Assembly: GCA_028275345.1 (NCBI GenBank)
Contig: JAPWUV010000009.1
Coordinates: 109,109-173,108 of the forward strand
Direction of reading: 5' to 3'
DNA from: a bacterium
Lineage (GTDB): Bacteria > Zhuqueibacterota > Zhuqueibacteria > Oleimicrobiales > Geothermoviventaceae
DNA length: 64,000 bases
The notes below the pieces were generated by a model, which made no database searches, was not told the origin of the DNA, and was given only the letters and a program-made list of their open reading frames with translations. This document shows, one piece after another, positions 53,332-64,000 of the stretch; within the stretch, counting starts at the first letter, position 1, and each line of letters starts with the position of its first letter. The position numbers and the translations under genes were made by a program.

Positions 53332-53765
53332 ATCCCTTCGTGCGCTACCAGCTCCCGGCGATCCTGTACGCGATGCTCATCTTCGCCATCTCCTCCGTGC
53401 CGCGCCTGGCGCCGCCTCCTCTCGGCCTGGACCTGGACGACAAGTTCTACCATTTCGTCGAGTACTTCATCTTCGGGTACCTCTGCGCGCGGGCTTTCTA
53501 CTACCAACGGAGCCGCCTCCTGCGGGATTTCGCCTTGATCATCGCCCTGGTGGCAGGTTCTCTCTACGCGGTGTCCGACGAGCTCCATCAATCCTTCGTG
53601 CCGGGTCGCAGCGCGGACGCTGGAGACTTGTTGGCCGACGTTTTCGGTGTGGTGAGTGCGGTGGCGCTCTTCGCAGCTCTGCGCTCCCGCCGTGTAGGTC
53701 GAAGGAGAAAACGCAGCGCACAGCGCCCCCAGGAGGTCACGACGAGCGTCCGCGAGGGGCGATAG
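53328..53765 (+). CDS. VanZ family membrane protein
   Basis: Hydrophobic helices; DExHQxF motif (DELHQSF); ATGA overlap with nnr. Confidence 0.7.
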   Translation: MNPFVRYQLPAILYAMLIFAISSVPRLAPPPLGLDLDDKFYHFVEYFIFGYLCARAFYYQRSRLLRDFALIIALVAGSLYAVSDELHQSFVPGRSADAGDLLADVFGVVSAVALFAALRSRRVGRRRKRSAQRPQEVTTSVREGR

Positions 53766-54027
53766 CCTCCGCGACGGCCCCGAGGGGGCAACCTTGCGGG
53801 ATACGGAGCAATCCTGCGCGCGGGAGTCGAAGTGACTCCTCGGAGAGAGCCCTTCCGAAGAATCGGGGGCGAGCGAACTTTTCGCCGCGCGTCAATTCCG
53901 CGGGCCGCTCAGGCGCAGACGGGCGGCACGACCGTGCGAACCGCAAGCTCGGTCCGCGGAGCGAAGGAGGCGCGGGGATGGTGCGCGCCCCGCGGATTCA
54001 TCCCAAAATCTTGCCTGAGGTTGGGAG

Positions 54028-54693
54028 ATGAGACCAGCAGCGAGAGATCGGAGGCTTCTTCCTCGGTGGGGAAGGTGGAGCACCCTGGCGGTCGCGGCGT
54101 TCCTCTTGAGCTCGGCCGGCCTGGCCACAGCCCAATGGCGGGGCGGGCCTCCGTTCGAACCCGACGAAAGCCGGCTCCGGCTCAGTCTTTGCGGCGGCGG
54201 ATACCGGATCTCACACAGCGAATTTGAGCAGTACTACAGCTCCCGCTGGGGGCTCGTGCCATCGCTTTTCGTTCGAGGGAAAGTCAAAGGAGTCGGACTC
54301 CTTTTTGGCGTGCGGGAATTCCGGAAAGGCCTGAACCGCAAGACCGCGGCAGAGTATGGAGACGCCGGCTCGGCTGCGTGGCGGCAGACGGTCTGGAACC
54401 TCGGCGTGCAATTGGGAGGCGGGGGTATGCGCCGCGTGCGCTCGGCCACCTACTTCGGGCTGTGCTACCACGTGGTACGGGAGCTGGTGGGGCCCCTCGT
54501 GCTGGATCGGAGCCGCTCCACTACCCTCGGATTCTTCCTCCTCGCCGAAACCGAATGGCTCATCCGCCCTCGCCTCGGGCTCGGGTGGATGATCGAGCTG
54601 AGCTCGGCGGCCCCGGCCCGTTCCGCAGCCTTTGAAGCGAACAGCATCGGGGGGCTGTACTTGGCAGCGGGCGTGCACTTCCACGCGCTGTGA
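54028..54693 (+). CDS. Hypothetical secreted protein, possibly outer-membrane beta-barrel
   Basis: Signal-like LAVAAFLLSSAGLATAQ; alternating hydrophobic pattern; ends in aromatic residues. Confidence 0.45.
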   Translation: MRPAARDRRLLPRWGRWSTLAVAAFLLSSAGLATAQWRGGPPFEPDESRLRLSLCGGGYRISHSEFEQYYSSRWGLVPSLFVRGKVKGVGLLFGVREFRKGLNRKTAAEYGDAGSAAWRQTVWNLGVQLGGGGMRRVRSATYFGLCYHVVRELVGPLVLDRSRSTTLGFFLLAETEWLIRPRLGLGWMIELSSAAPARSAAFEANSIGGLYLAAGVHFHAL

Positions 54694-54720
54694 GGGGGAT
54701 TGGCCTGTTCCTTCCCGCGC

Positions 54721-55479
54721 TCAGCCCTCGACGGTGAAGCCGGGGACCACGCAGAAGGCCGGGACAAGGGAAAGGAGAGCCGCGGCCGGGGCGCCGAACT
54801 CCCGGATCGCGGCGAAAAGCGCCTCCGCCTGATCTGCGCCCCACAATCCGAGCGGATCCAGCGTGAGGACGACCGCGCGCTCCGTACCCCCTTCCGCAAG
54901 GCGCCAGAATCGCTTCTCCCCGTCCCGAAGCGCGAACTCCCGGCGTTCGCGGAGGAGCTGCAGCATGGCTTCCGCCCGCTCGAGGTTCGCTCCCGCCTTC
55001 AGGAGCTGGCCCGTCATCTCCTGGAACCAGTCGACGGCCGCGTAGTCGCACACGCGGAGGTGAAACTTGGCCGAGGCGGCGTCCAACGCTCGATCCACAG
55101 TGACCCGGAAGATCACGGCCTCTCGGGGCAATGCCTCCTCCGTGCCAGCCAGCACGAGCGGACAGGCGTGGAGGGAGGCCAAAGCCATAGCGGTCCAGAG
55201 CTCAGCCGAAAGGCCCGGAGGAAGCATCCGCTCGCAGGCTCGGGCGAACTCCGGGCTGGGAAAATCCACCGGCACGTACGGGGATCCAGCCAGGCGTTTC
55301 GCCACCGCCGGGGAGCGACTTTCCGCAAGGTGGAGGGAGTAGCCGATGTCCCGGTAGCGGAACTTGCTCCCGACCCACTTGAGGGCAGCCAGCTCCGCTT
55401 CGGGATCCTGCCCGGGCGGATAGATCACTCCCCGCAGATTCTTCACTCGGACGATGAATTCGAGGAGCCAGTGGTTCAT
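54721..55479 (-). CDS. Hypothetical protein
   Basis: 252-aa ORF with normal composition; no motif recognised. Confidence 0.45.
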   Translation of the reverse strand: MNHWLLEFIVRVKNLRGVIYPPGQDPEAELAALKWVGSKFRYRDIGYSLHLAESRSPAVAKRLAGSPYVPVDFPSPEFARACERMLPPGLSAELWTAMALASLHACPLVLAGTEEALPREAVIFRVTVDRALDAASAKFHLRVCDYAAVDWFQEMTGQLLKAGANLERAEAMLQLLRERREFALRDGEKRFWRLAEGGTERAVVLTLDPLGLWGADQAEALFAAIREFGAPAAALLSLVPAFCVVPGFTVEG

Positions 55480-55540
55480 CTCCGTCGAGGAAAGAGCTTT
55501 GGCGCGAAGCCGTCACGGGTCCCCCGTTGCCTCGCCCCAC

Positions 55541-55575
55541 AAAAAAGAGGCTCGCCGCGGTCGACGGCGAGCCTC
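55541..55575 (-). terminator. Rho-independent terminator of clpC
   Basis: Perfect 11-bp stem GAGGCTCGCCG/CGGCGAGCCTC, 7-nt loop, followed on the minus strand by TTTTTT; 22 nt after clpC stop. Confidence 0.6.
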
Positions 55576-55596
55576 ATGGGTTGCGATTGACTCGCC

Positions 55597-58092
<2,496 letters not shown>

Positions 58093-58183
58093 CTCCGATT
58101 AACTCCGCTCTGGCTTGGTGCTGCCGATGAATTCCACTCTCTTTTACTCTCCCCCTGCCCCGACGTTCCAAAACGGGGTGCGG

Positions 58184-59260
58184 CTACGGAACGACCGCCC
58201 GTAGGCGCTCGCGCACGTACTGAGCGCGCAGGTGATCGCCCTCCTCCTCGTTCATCTCCCTCCCCGTGCGGAGACCCATGTGCGCTGGCTGCGTCAAGAC
58301 CAGAAGCTCGTTGATGAGGCGAAAGTCCCGGGGTAAGAGGCCTGCCACCATGCCCAAGCGGATGTGGCTCAGAACGTTCACGCATTCCAGCGCGCCCAGG
58401 AGCCTTGCATGCCGCACTACGCCTACCGCTCGCTCCACCGCATCCTCGAGGCGTAGCCTCTTCTCGCGGAGCAATTTGCCCACGCTGTCCTTCTCCAAAC
58501 CAATCAATTCTTCGGCAACTTTCCCCATCCGCTCAAGGAGTTTTTCTTCCGCACGGCCCAGCGTGACCTGATTGGAGACTTGGAAGATGTGGCCCACGGC
58601 CTGCGTCCCTTCCCCGTAGAAGCCGCGGAAGGTGAACTCCGTGAATCCCAGACGCTTGACCACCTCCTCCAGCGTCCCCGACAGGACCAGGCCCGGGAGG
58701 TGGATGAAGACGCTCACCCGCATCCCCGTGCCGGTATTGGTAGGACACGATGTAAGATAGCCAAACTCCTCGGAAAAAGCCAGGGGCAAGGCCTGATTGA
58801 GCTGGTCATCCAAGCGCGACAGCGTCTCCCAGGGCCTCTCCATCTGCAGCCCGCTAGCGATGCTCTGAAGCCGCAGGTGATCCTCCTCATTCACGATCAC
58901 GGAGAGGCTCTCGTCCGCCGAGGCCAGCAGTCCCGAGGGTCGCGGCCTGACCAGCACTTCCGGCGGGAGCAACCTCCGCTCCAGAAGAAACCGTCGCTCC
59001 AGCTCGCTCAGGCTGTCCACGCGCCAATAGCGGCATTGTCTCAGAGAGGGGACACTGTCGCGGCGGGACGTCACCTCCTGAAGCACAGCCTCCAGCTCGT
59101 CGGAACGCGCGTGCGGGGGAAAGCGGTGGCCCACCAGGTTGCGCGCCAGGCGGATGCGCGTGCTGATGACGGTCTCGGCATGCGGCCCGTCCGCAGCCAG
59201 CCAGGCGGGCGGAGCCTGGGCCATCCGGCGGAGCTCCTGGCCGTCGCCATCCCTGTTCAT
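58184..59260 (-). CDS. mcsB: Protein-arginine kinase McsB
   Basis: Guanido-kinase active-site motif CPTNTGTGMR. Confidence 0.85.
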   Translation of the reverse strand: MNRDGDGQELRRMAQAPPAWLAADGPHAETVISTRIRLARNLVGHRFPPHARSDELEAVLQEVTSRRDSVPSLRQCRYWRVDSLSELERRFLLERRLLPPEVLVRPRPSGLLASADESLSVIVNEEDHLRLQSIASGLQMERPWETLSRLDDQLNQALPLAFSEEFGYLTSCPTNTGTGMRVSVFIHLPGLVLSGTLEEVVKRLGFTEFTFRGFYGEGTQAVGHIFQVSNQVTLGRAEEKLLERMGKVAEELIGLEKDSVGKLLREKRLRLEDAVERAVGVVRHARLLGALECVNVLSHIRLGMVAGLLPRDFRLINELLVLTQPAHMGLRTGREMNEEEGDHLRAQYVRERLRAVVP

Positions 59261-59766
59261 TGGTCCGACCCTTTCGCCTGCCGCAGGAGATCCCGCAGAA
59301 GATCCCGCAGTTCCGCCGCGCGCTCGTACTCCTCTCGGGCGATCGCTTCCTCGAGCGCCTTGCGGATCTCGTCCGGGCTCTGGGTCACCACCTGATGGCG
59401 GAGATGCGGTGGCCGGCTCCCAATGTGCTTGGAGCTACCGTGGATCCTGCGCAACAGCGTGCGCAATTGCTCGGCGAAGGTGTTGTAGCACTCGGCGCAT
59501 CCCAGTAGCCCCGTCCGCTCCACATCTCGGTAGCAATGCCCACAGACGGGACATCGGGGAAGTGCCTCAGAAGCCACCTCCGGGTGCGTCTGACTGATGG
59601 CTTTGAGCAGGAGGCCTCCCAGCAGATGCGGCAACACGGCAAAAGGCAGGGTGAAGCCGTGCTCCTCCGCGCATCGCTGGCACATGTGGAGCTCGAGCTT
59701 CTGCGCGTTGACGATCTGGGTCAACTGCACTGTGGCCGGGCGGCTGTGGCAAATCTCGCAGAGCAT
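59257..59766 (-). CDS. mcsA: McsA-like activator of protein-arginine kinase (zinc fingers plus UVR motif)
   Basis: Four CxxC pairs and C-terminal UVR-like EEYERAAELRDLL; 4-nt overlap with mcsB. Confidence 0.8.
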   Translation of the reverse strand: MLCEICHSRPATVQLTQIVNAQKLELHMCQRCAEEHGFTLPFAVLPHLLGGLLLKAISQTHPEVASEALPRCPVCGHCYRDVERTGLLGCAECYNTFAEQLRTLLRRIHGSSKHIGSRPPHLRHQVVTQSPDEIRKALEEAIAREEYERAAELRDLLRDLLRQAKGSDQ

Positions 59767-60473
59767 CAGCGCACCAGAGGCAATTCGCGGCAGATGCGTC
59801 CATCGTACATCTCCAGAAGACGATCTGCGCTCTTGGCCAGCTCCAAATTGTGCGTCACGATGACCAGCGTCAACCCCTGCTCCGCCACCAAGCGCCAGAG
59901 GAGCTCGTGGAGCGCCCGGCTGGACTCTGCGTCCAGGTTCCCCGAGGGCTCGTCCGCCAGTAGGATGCGCGGCGAATTGGCGAGGGCTCTGGCCACCGCC
60001 ACCCGCTGCTGCTCGCCGCCGGAGAGCTCGTTGGGCCGATGATGCAAGCGGTCAGCCAACCCCACCTGCGCCAGGAGTTCCTCCGCCCTCCTGCGGGCCA
60101 GCTTTGGCTCCACACCAGCGATCAGCGCGGGCATCATCACATTCTCCAGCGCGGAGAACTCTGGCAGCAGATGGTGGAACTGGAACACGAAGCCGGTGGT
60201 ACGGTTCCGGAAGGCGGCAAGCCTCCGGTCGTCCATGCTGAACACATCCACTCCGTTCAGATGGACGGAGCCCGCGCTGGGACGATCCAGCGCTCCCAGA
60301 ATGTGGAGCAAGGTGCTCTTCCCCACCCCCGAAGGTCCAACCACCGAGACGATCTCGCCCCGGCGCACCTCCAGGTCGATCCCCTTGAGGACGTGGAGCT
60401 GCTGGTTCTTCCCCGTCGGGTAATACTTGTGGATCCCGCGGGCAGAGAGGATGATTTCGTCCGTACCCGGCAT
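59766..60473 (-). CDS. lolD: Lipoprotein-releasing system ATP-binding protein LolD
   Basis: GPSGVGKST Walker A, LSGGEQQR signature, LLADEP Walker B. Confidence 0.85.
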   Translation of the reverse strand: MPGTDEIILSARGIHKYYPTGKNQQLHVLKGIDLEVRRGEIVSVVGPSGVGKSTLLHILGALDRPSAGSVHLNGVDVFSMDDRRLAAFRNRTTGFVFQFHHLLPEFSALENVMMPALIAGVEPKLARRRAEELLAQVGLADRLHHRPNELSGGEQQRVAVARALANSPRILLADEPSGNLDAESSRALHELLWRLVAEQGLTLVIVTHNLELAKSADRLLEMYDGRICRELPLVR

Positions 60474-60476
60474 CCC

Positions 60477-61718
60477 TCACTCGTAACGGATCGCTGCCAC
60501 CGGATCGAGCTTGGCCGCCTTCGAGGAGGGGTAGAGGGTGGCCAGGAAGGAAAGCGTCATGGACGCCAGGGCCACCATCACGAAGTCCAGCGGCCGCATG
60601 TACACCGGAAGCTTGTTGATGATGTAGATGTCCGCCGGAAGACTGAACCATTCGAACTTGAGCTGCGACCAGCAGAGCACGTAGCCGCACACCAGGCCGA
60701 GGGCCGTGCCGATGGCCCCCGCCACAAGCCCTTCCAGCACGAAGATCCGCATGATGCTGCGGGAGGTGGCGCCCATCGACTTGAGGATCCCGATGTCTCG
60801 CGTCTTCTCCATCACCACCATGATCAGGGAACTGACGATGTTGAAGGCCGCCACCAAGATGATCAGGCTCAGCACGATGAACGCCGCCCACTTCTCGATC
60901 TGCATCCACGCAAAGAGGTTCTTGTTGAGCTGGAACCAGGTCAGGGTGTGAAAGGGATAGCCCAGCATGGCATCGAGGTGGTCGGCCACCCATTTCACGT
61001 GCCTGAGCTCATCGACGCGGATCTCCAGCCCCGTGATCCGGTTCCCCATCCGGAATAACTTCTGCGCCTGTTCGAGGGAGATGTAGGCGAAGGCGTCGTC
61101 GTACTCGTAGAGTCCGGTCTCGAAGTAGCCGGCCACGCGGCACTCGGTCATCGGCGGGATCTGCCCGAAGATGCCCGTGATCCCCGCCGGGCTCACGAGG
61201 ATCACTCGGTCGCCGACGGAAACGCCCAGCCGATCCGCCAGATTGAAACCGAGCACGATGCCCGGCAAGGGACGTCCCTCCTCGCCCGTCGGCCGGGGGC
61301 TGAAATCCAGCTGTCCGTACACGATCTTCTGGGGGATCTCCGTCACCTGGCCCAAGGTGGCCGGATCCGTCCCCTTGATGATCACTCCCTCGATCCCGGA
61401 TCCCGAGCGGATCATCGCCTTCTCGTAGATGTACGGCGACACTCCCACCACGTGCGGCACCCGGCGGACCTTCTCCATCACCTCCTGCCAGTTCTCGATG
61501 CCTTGGTCGTGGAAGGTCCGGAGCCGAATGTGGGCGTCGAAGCCGATGATCCGGGAGCGCACCTCCCGTTCGAACCCATTCATCACCGACAGCACGATCA
61601 CCAGCGCCGCCGTACCGATCATGATGCCGACGATGGAGAAGTAGGCGATGAGGGAGATGAACCCCGTCTTGCGGCGGGTTCGCAGATAGCGGCGCGCGAT
61701 GAAGAACTCGAACATCAT
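60477..61718 (-). CDS. Lipoprotein-releasing system permease, LolC/LolE family (FtsX-like)
   Basis: N-terminal TM, large periplasmic loop, C-terminal FtsX-type TM bundle. Confidence 0.85.
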   Translation of the reverse strand: MMFEFFIARRYLRTRRKTGFISLIAYFSIVGIMIGTAALVIVLSVMNGFEREVRSRIIGFDAHIRLRTFHDQGIENWQEVMEKVRRVPHVVGVSPYIYEKAMIRSGSGIEGVIIKGTDPATLGQVTEIPQKIVYGQLDFSPRPTGEEGRPLPGIVLGFNLADRLGVSVGDRVILVSPAGITGIFGQIPPMTECRVAGYFETGLYEYDDAFAYISLEQAQKLFRMGNRITGLEIRVDELRHVKWVADHLDAMLGYPFHTLTWFQLNKNLFAWMQIEKWAAFIVLSLIILVAAFNIVSSLIMVVMEKTRDIGILKSMGATSRSIMRIFVLEGLVAGAIGTALGLVCGYVLCWSQLKFEWFSLPADIYIINKLPVYMRPLDFVMVALASMTLSFLATLYPSSKAAKLDPVAAIRYE

Positions 61719-63238
61719 GACTTTTCCGGCCGCATTTGCGGAAAGAGGATGACGTCGCGGATGGAGGGCTGGTTCGTCAGCAGCATGACCAGCCGGTCCA
61801 CCCCGATCCCAAGTCCAGCCGTGGGCGGCATGCCGTACTCGAGCGCGCGGAGGTAGTCCTCGTCCAGCACGTGGGCCTCCTCATCGCCCCTCTCGCGCAG
61901 CAACATCTGGCGCTCGAAGCGCTCCCGCTGGTCCAGGGGATCGTTGAGCTCGGAGAAGGCATTCCCAATCTCGTGCCCCGCGATGAACGGTTCAAACCGT
62001 TCCACCAGCTCCGGATCCTCCCGATGCCGCTTCGCCAGAGGGGAAAGCTCCACGGGATAGTCGATGATGAAAGTGGGCTGGATGAGGGTCGGCTCCACCT
62101 TTTCCTTGAAGATCTCATCCAGCAGTTTACCCTTGTCCCACCACTCCTCCGTCTCGAGGCCCAGCTGCCGGGCGGCGGCCCGGATTTCTTCTTCCGACCT
62201 GCCCTTGAGCGCGAAGCCCGTCACCTCTTCGATCGCGTCGAAGTAGCGCTTTCTCGGCCAGGGCGGATCCAAGCGAAGGGAATGCCCCTGATACTCGATC
62301 TCCAGGGTGCCCAACACCTCGTTCGCGATGTAGCCGATCATTTCCTCCACGAGATCCATCATGAAGTGGTAATCCTCGTAGGCCACGTACAGTTCCATCA
62401 TCGTGAACTCGGGGTTGTGGAAACGATCGATCCCCTCGTTCCGGAAGTCCTTCGAGATTTCGTACACACCCTCGAATCCGCCCACGATGAGGCGCTTCAG
62501 GTACAGTTCGTCCGCGATCCGCAGGTAGAGATCGACGTCCAGTGCGTTGTGATGGGTGATGAAGGGTCTGGCGGAAGCGCCTCCGTAGATCGGCTGGAGG
62601 ACGGGCGTTTCCACTTCGATATAGCCCTTGCCGTCGAGGAAACGCCGCATGGCGCTGAGGATGCGCGAGCGTTTGATGAAGACCTCCCGCACGTCGGGAT
62701 TCACCACCAGATCGACGTAGCGCTGGCGGTAGCGCAATTCCACGTCCGAGAACGGATCGTACACCTCCCGCCGTCCGTCCACGATCCGTTCCTTGACCAC
62801 CGGTAGGGGGCGAAGATTCTTGGCGAGCAGCTCAATCTGCTGTGCCTTGACCGTGATCTCCCCGGTGCGGGTGCGGAACACCTGTCCTTCGACCCCGAGG
62901 AAATCCCCGATGTCCAGCAGCCTGAAGAGCTCGTAACGATCCTCGCCCACTTCGTCTATCCGGACGTAGATCTGCACCCGACCGCTGGCGTCGGCAATGT
63001 GAGCGAAACTCGCCTTGCCATGCTCCCGCTTGGACATGATGCGGCCCGCCACCCGGACCGTTTGTCCCTCCAGGCGTTCGAACCCTTCCACGATCTCCCG
63101 AGCCCGGTGGGTGCGGCGAAAGGCGTACGGATAGGGGTTGATCCCCATTTGTCTCAGGCGGGCCAGCTTCTCCCGCCGGATCCGCATCAGCTCGTTCAGT
63201 TCCCTCTCGTATTCAGCCCTTGCTGTAGGCTCCGCCAT
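61715..63238 (-). CDS. lysS: Lysine--tRNA ligase (class II)
   Basis: OB-fold N-terminal domain plus class II catalytic core, 507 aa. Confidence 0.95.
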   Translation of the reverse strand: MAEPTARAEYERELNELMRIRREKLARLRQMGINPYPYAFRRTHRAREIVEGFERLEGQTVRVAGRIMSKREHGKASFAHIADASGRVQIYVRIDEVGEDRYELFRLLDIGDFLGVEGQVFRTRTGEITVKAQQIELLAKNLRPLPVVKERIVDGRREVYDPFSDVELRYRQRYVDLVVNPDVREVFIKRSRILSAMRRFLDGKGYIEVETPVLQPIYGGASARPFITHHNALDVDLYLRIADELYLKRLIVGGFEGVYEISKDFRNEGIDRFHNPEFTMMELYVAYEDYHFMMDLVEEMIGYIANEVLGTLEIEYQGHSLRLDPPWPRKRYFDAIEEVTGFALKGRSEEEIRAAARQLGLETEEWWDKGKLLDEIFKEKVEPTLIQPTFIIDYPVELSPLAKRHREDPELVERFEPFIAGHEIGNAFSELNDPLDQRERFERQMLLRERGDEEAHVLDEDYLRALEYGMPPTAGLGIGVDRLVMLLTNQPSIRDVILFPQMRPEKS

Positions 63239-63305
63239 TTCCCGCGCCCTTTCTTTGTTTGCAGACGAAAGGGAAAACCCAAGATCCGACTGGAGCCGCG
63301 TCCGT

Positions 63306-64000
63306 TCAGCCGTTCAAATACACCCGCGGGACCCGCTTCGAGACCCAGCAGGTCACCTCGTAGGGGATCGTATTCAGCTTCTCGCAGATGGATCGCACGC
63401 TGAGCTCGGCGTCGCCCTGTCTGCCGAAAAGCACGACCTCATCGCCCACCTCGACGGGGCTGTCCAGTCCCACGTCCACCAGGATTTGATCCATGCACAC
63501 ACGGCCTACCACGGGGTAGCGACGCCCGCGGATCAAGACCTCGCCGCAATTGGAGAGCAGCCGGTTGTAGCCGTCCGCGTAGCCGACGGGGAGCGTGGCG
63601 ATGCGCGTCGCCCGCGGAGTGAGGTACGTCCTGCCGTAGCTGATGGGAGTCCCTGCCGGCACCTCTTTCAGGTAGATCACCCGCGTCTTGAAGGTCATCG
63701 CGGGCCGAACGGCCACCGACTCGCTCGTCTCCGCACTGGGGTAGTATCCGTACATCATGATGCCCGGGCGCACGAGGTCAAAGTAGGCCTCGGGAAGGTC
63801 CAGAATCGCGCCGCTATTGGCGGCGTGGCGCACGAGGCCGCGAACGTTCGCCTCTTCCAAAGCCCGAAGCACCTGCCGAAACCTCGTCAGCTGCTCGAAG
63901 GCGAAGGTCTTGTCCCGTTCATCCGAAGTGGCCAGATGGGTGTAGATGCCTTCGACCTCCACACCCGGAGTAGCCCGAGCTTCTTGCACAAAGCGCAGCG
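63306..64000 (-). CDS. alr: Alanine racemase, C-terminal part (gene continues past window end)
   Basis: [13 protein letters not shown] and RVCMDQ motifs. Confidence 0.85.
   Translation of the reverse strand, partial: LRFVQEARATPGVEVEGIYTHLATSDERDKTFAFEQLTRFRQVLRALEEANVRGLVRHAANSGAILDLPEAYFDLVRPGIMMYGYYPSAETSESVAVRPAMTFKTRVIYLKEVPAGTPISYGRTYLTPRATRIATLPVGYADGYNRLLSNCGEVLIRGRRYPVVGRVCMDQILVDVGLDSPVEVGDEVVLFGRQGDAELSVRSICEKLNTIPYEVTCWVSKRVPRVYLNG

Overview
GC-rich (by eye well above 60%) chromosomal segment carrying about 50 protein-coding genes and no rRNA, tRNA, CRISPR array, transposase or integrase that I could recognise. Four proteins end in a type IX secretion (T9SS) C-terminal sorting domain, pointing to a Bacteroidota/FCB-type organism. 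Layout: 1-7000 holds T9SS/surface-protein genes that look decayed (frameshifts, an orphan sorting domain, a 2.1 kb ORF-free stretch); 7.1-9.3 kb an ABC-2 exporter pair; 9.5-20.2 kb a secreted/sensory block (hybrid histidine kinase, receiver, GHL10 hydrolase, M28 peptidase, DUF4097); 20.5-35.4 kb housekeeping (ssb, gltBD, ptsN-like, hisS, trmH-family, CPBP protease, SpoIID-like, nadB); 36-40 kb BNR T9SS protein, P1 peptidase, GalT-like enzyme; 40.8-47.9 kb a complete type I restriction-modification operon (hsdM-hsdS-hsdR-ygjP) bracketed by fragments of a second, different type I system; then acpS, a T9SS GH30 hydrolase, nnr, vanZ, and a mcsA-mcsB-clpC module fused to lolD/lolE and lysS, ending in a partial alr. 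The most interesting structure is the nested type I R-M locus; I found no convincing wholly novel multi-gene system. All functional calls rest on motifs read by eye, without database searches. Many ORF-track starts are GTG/TTG, so start coordinates are approximate.
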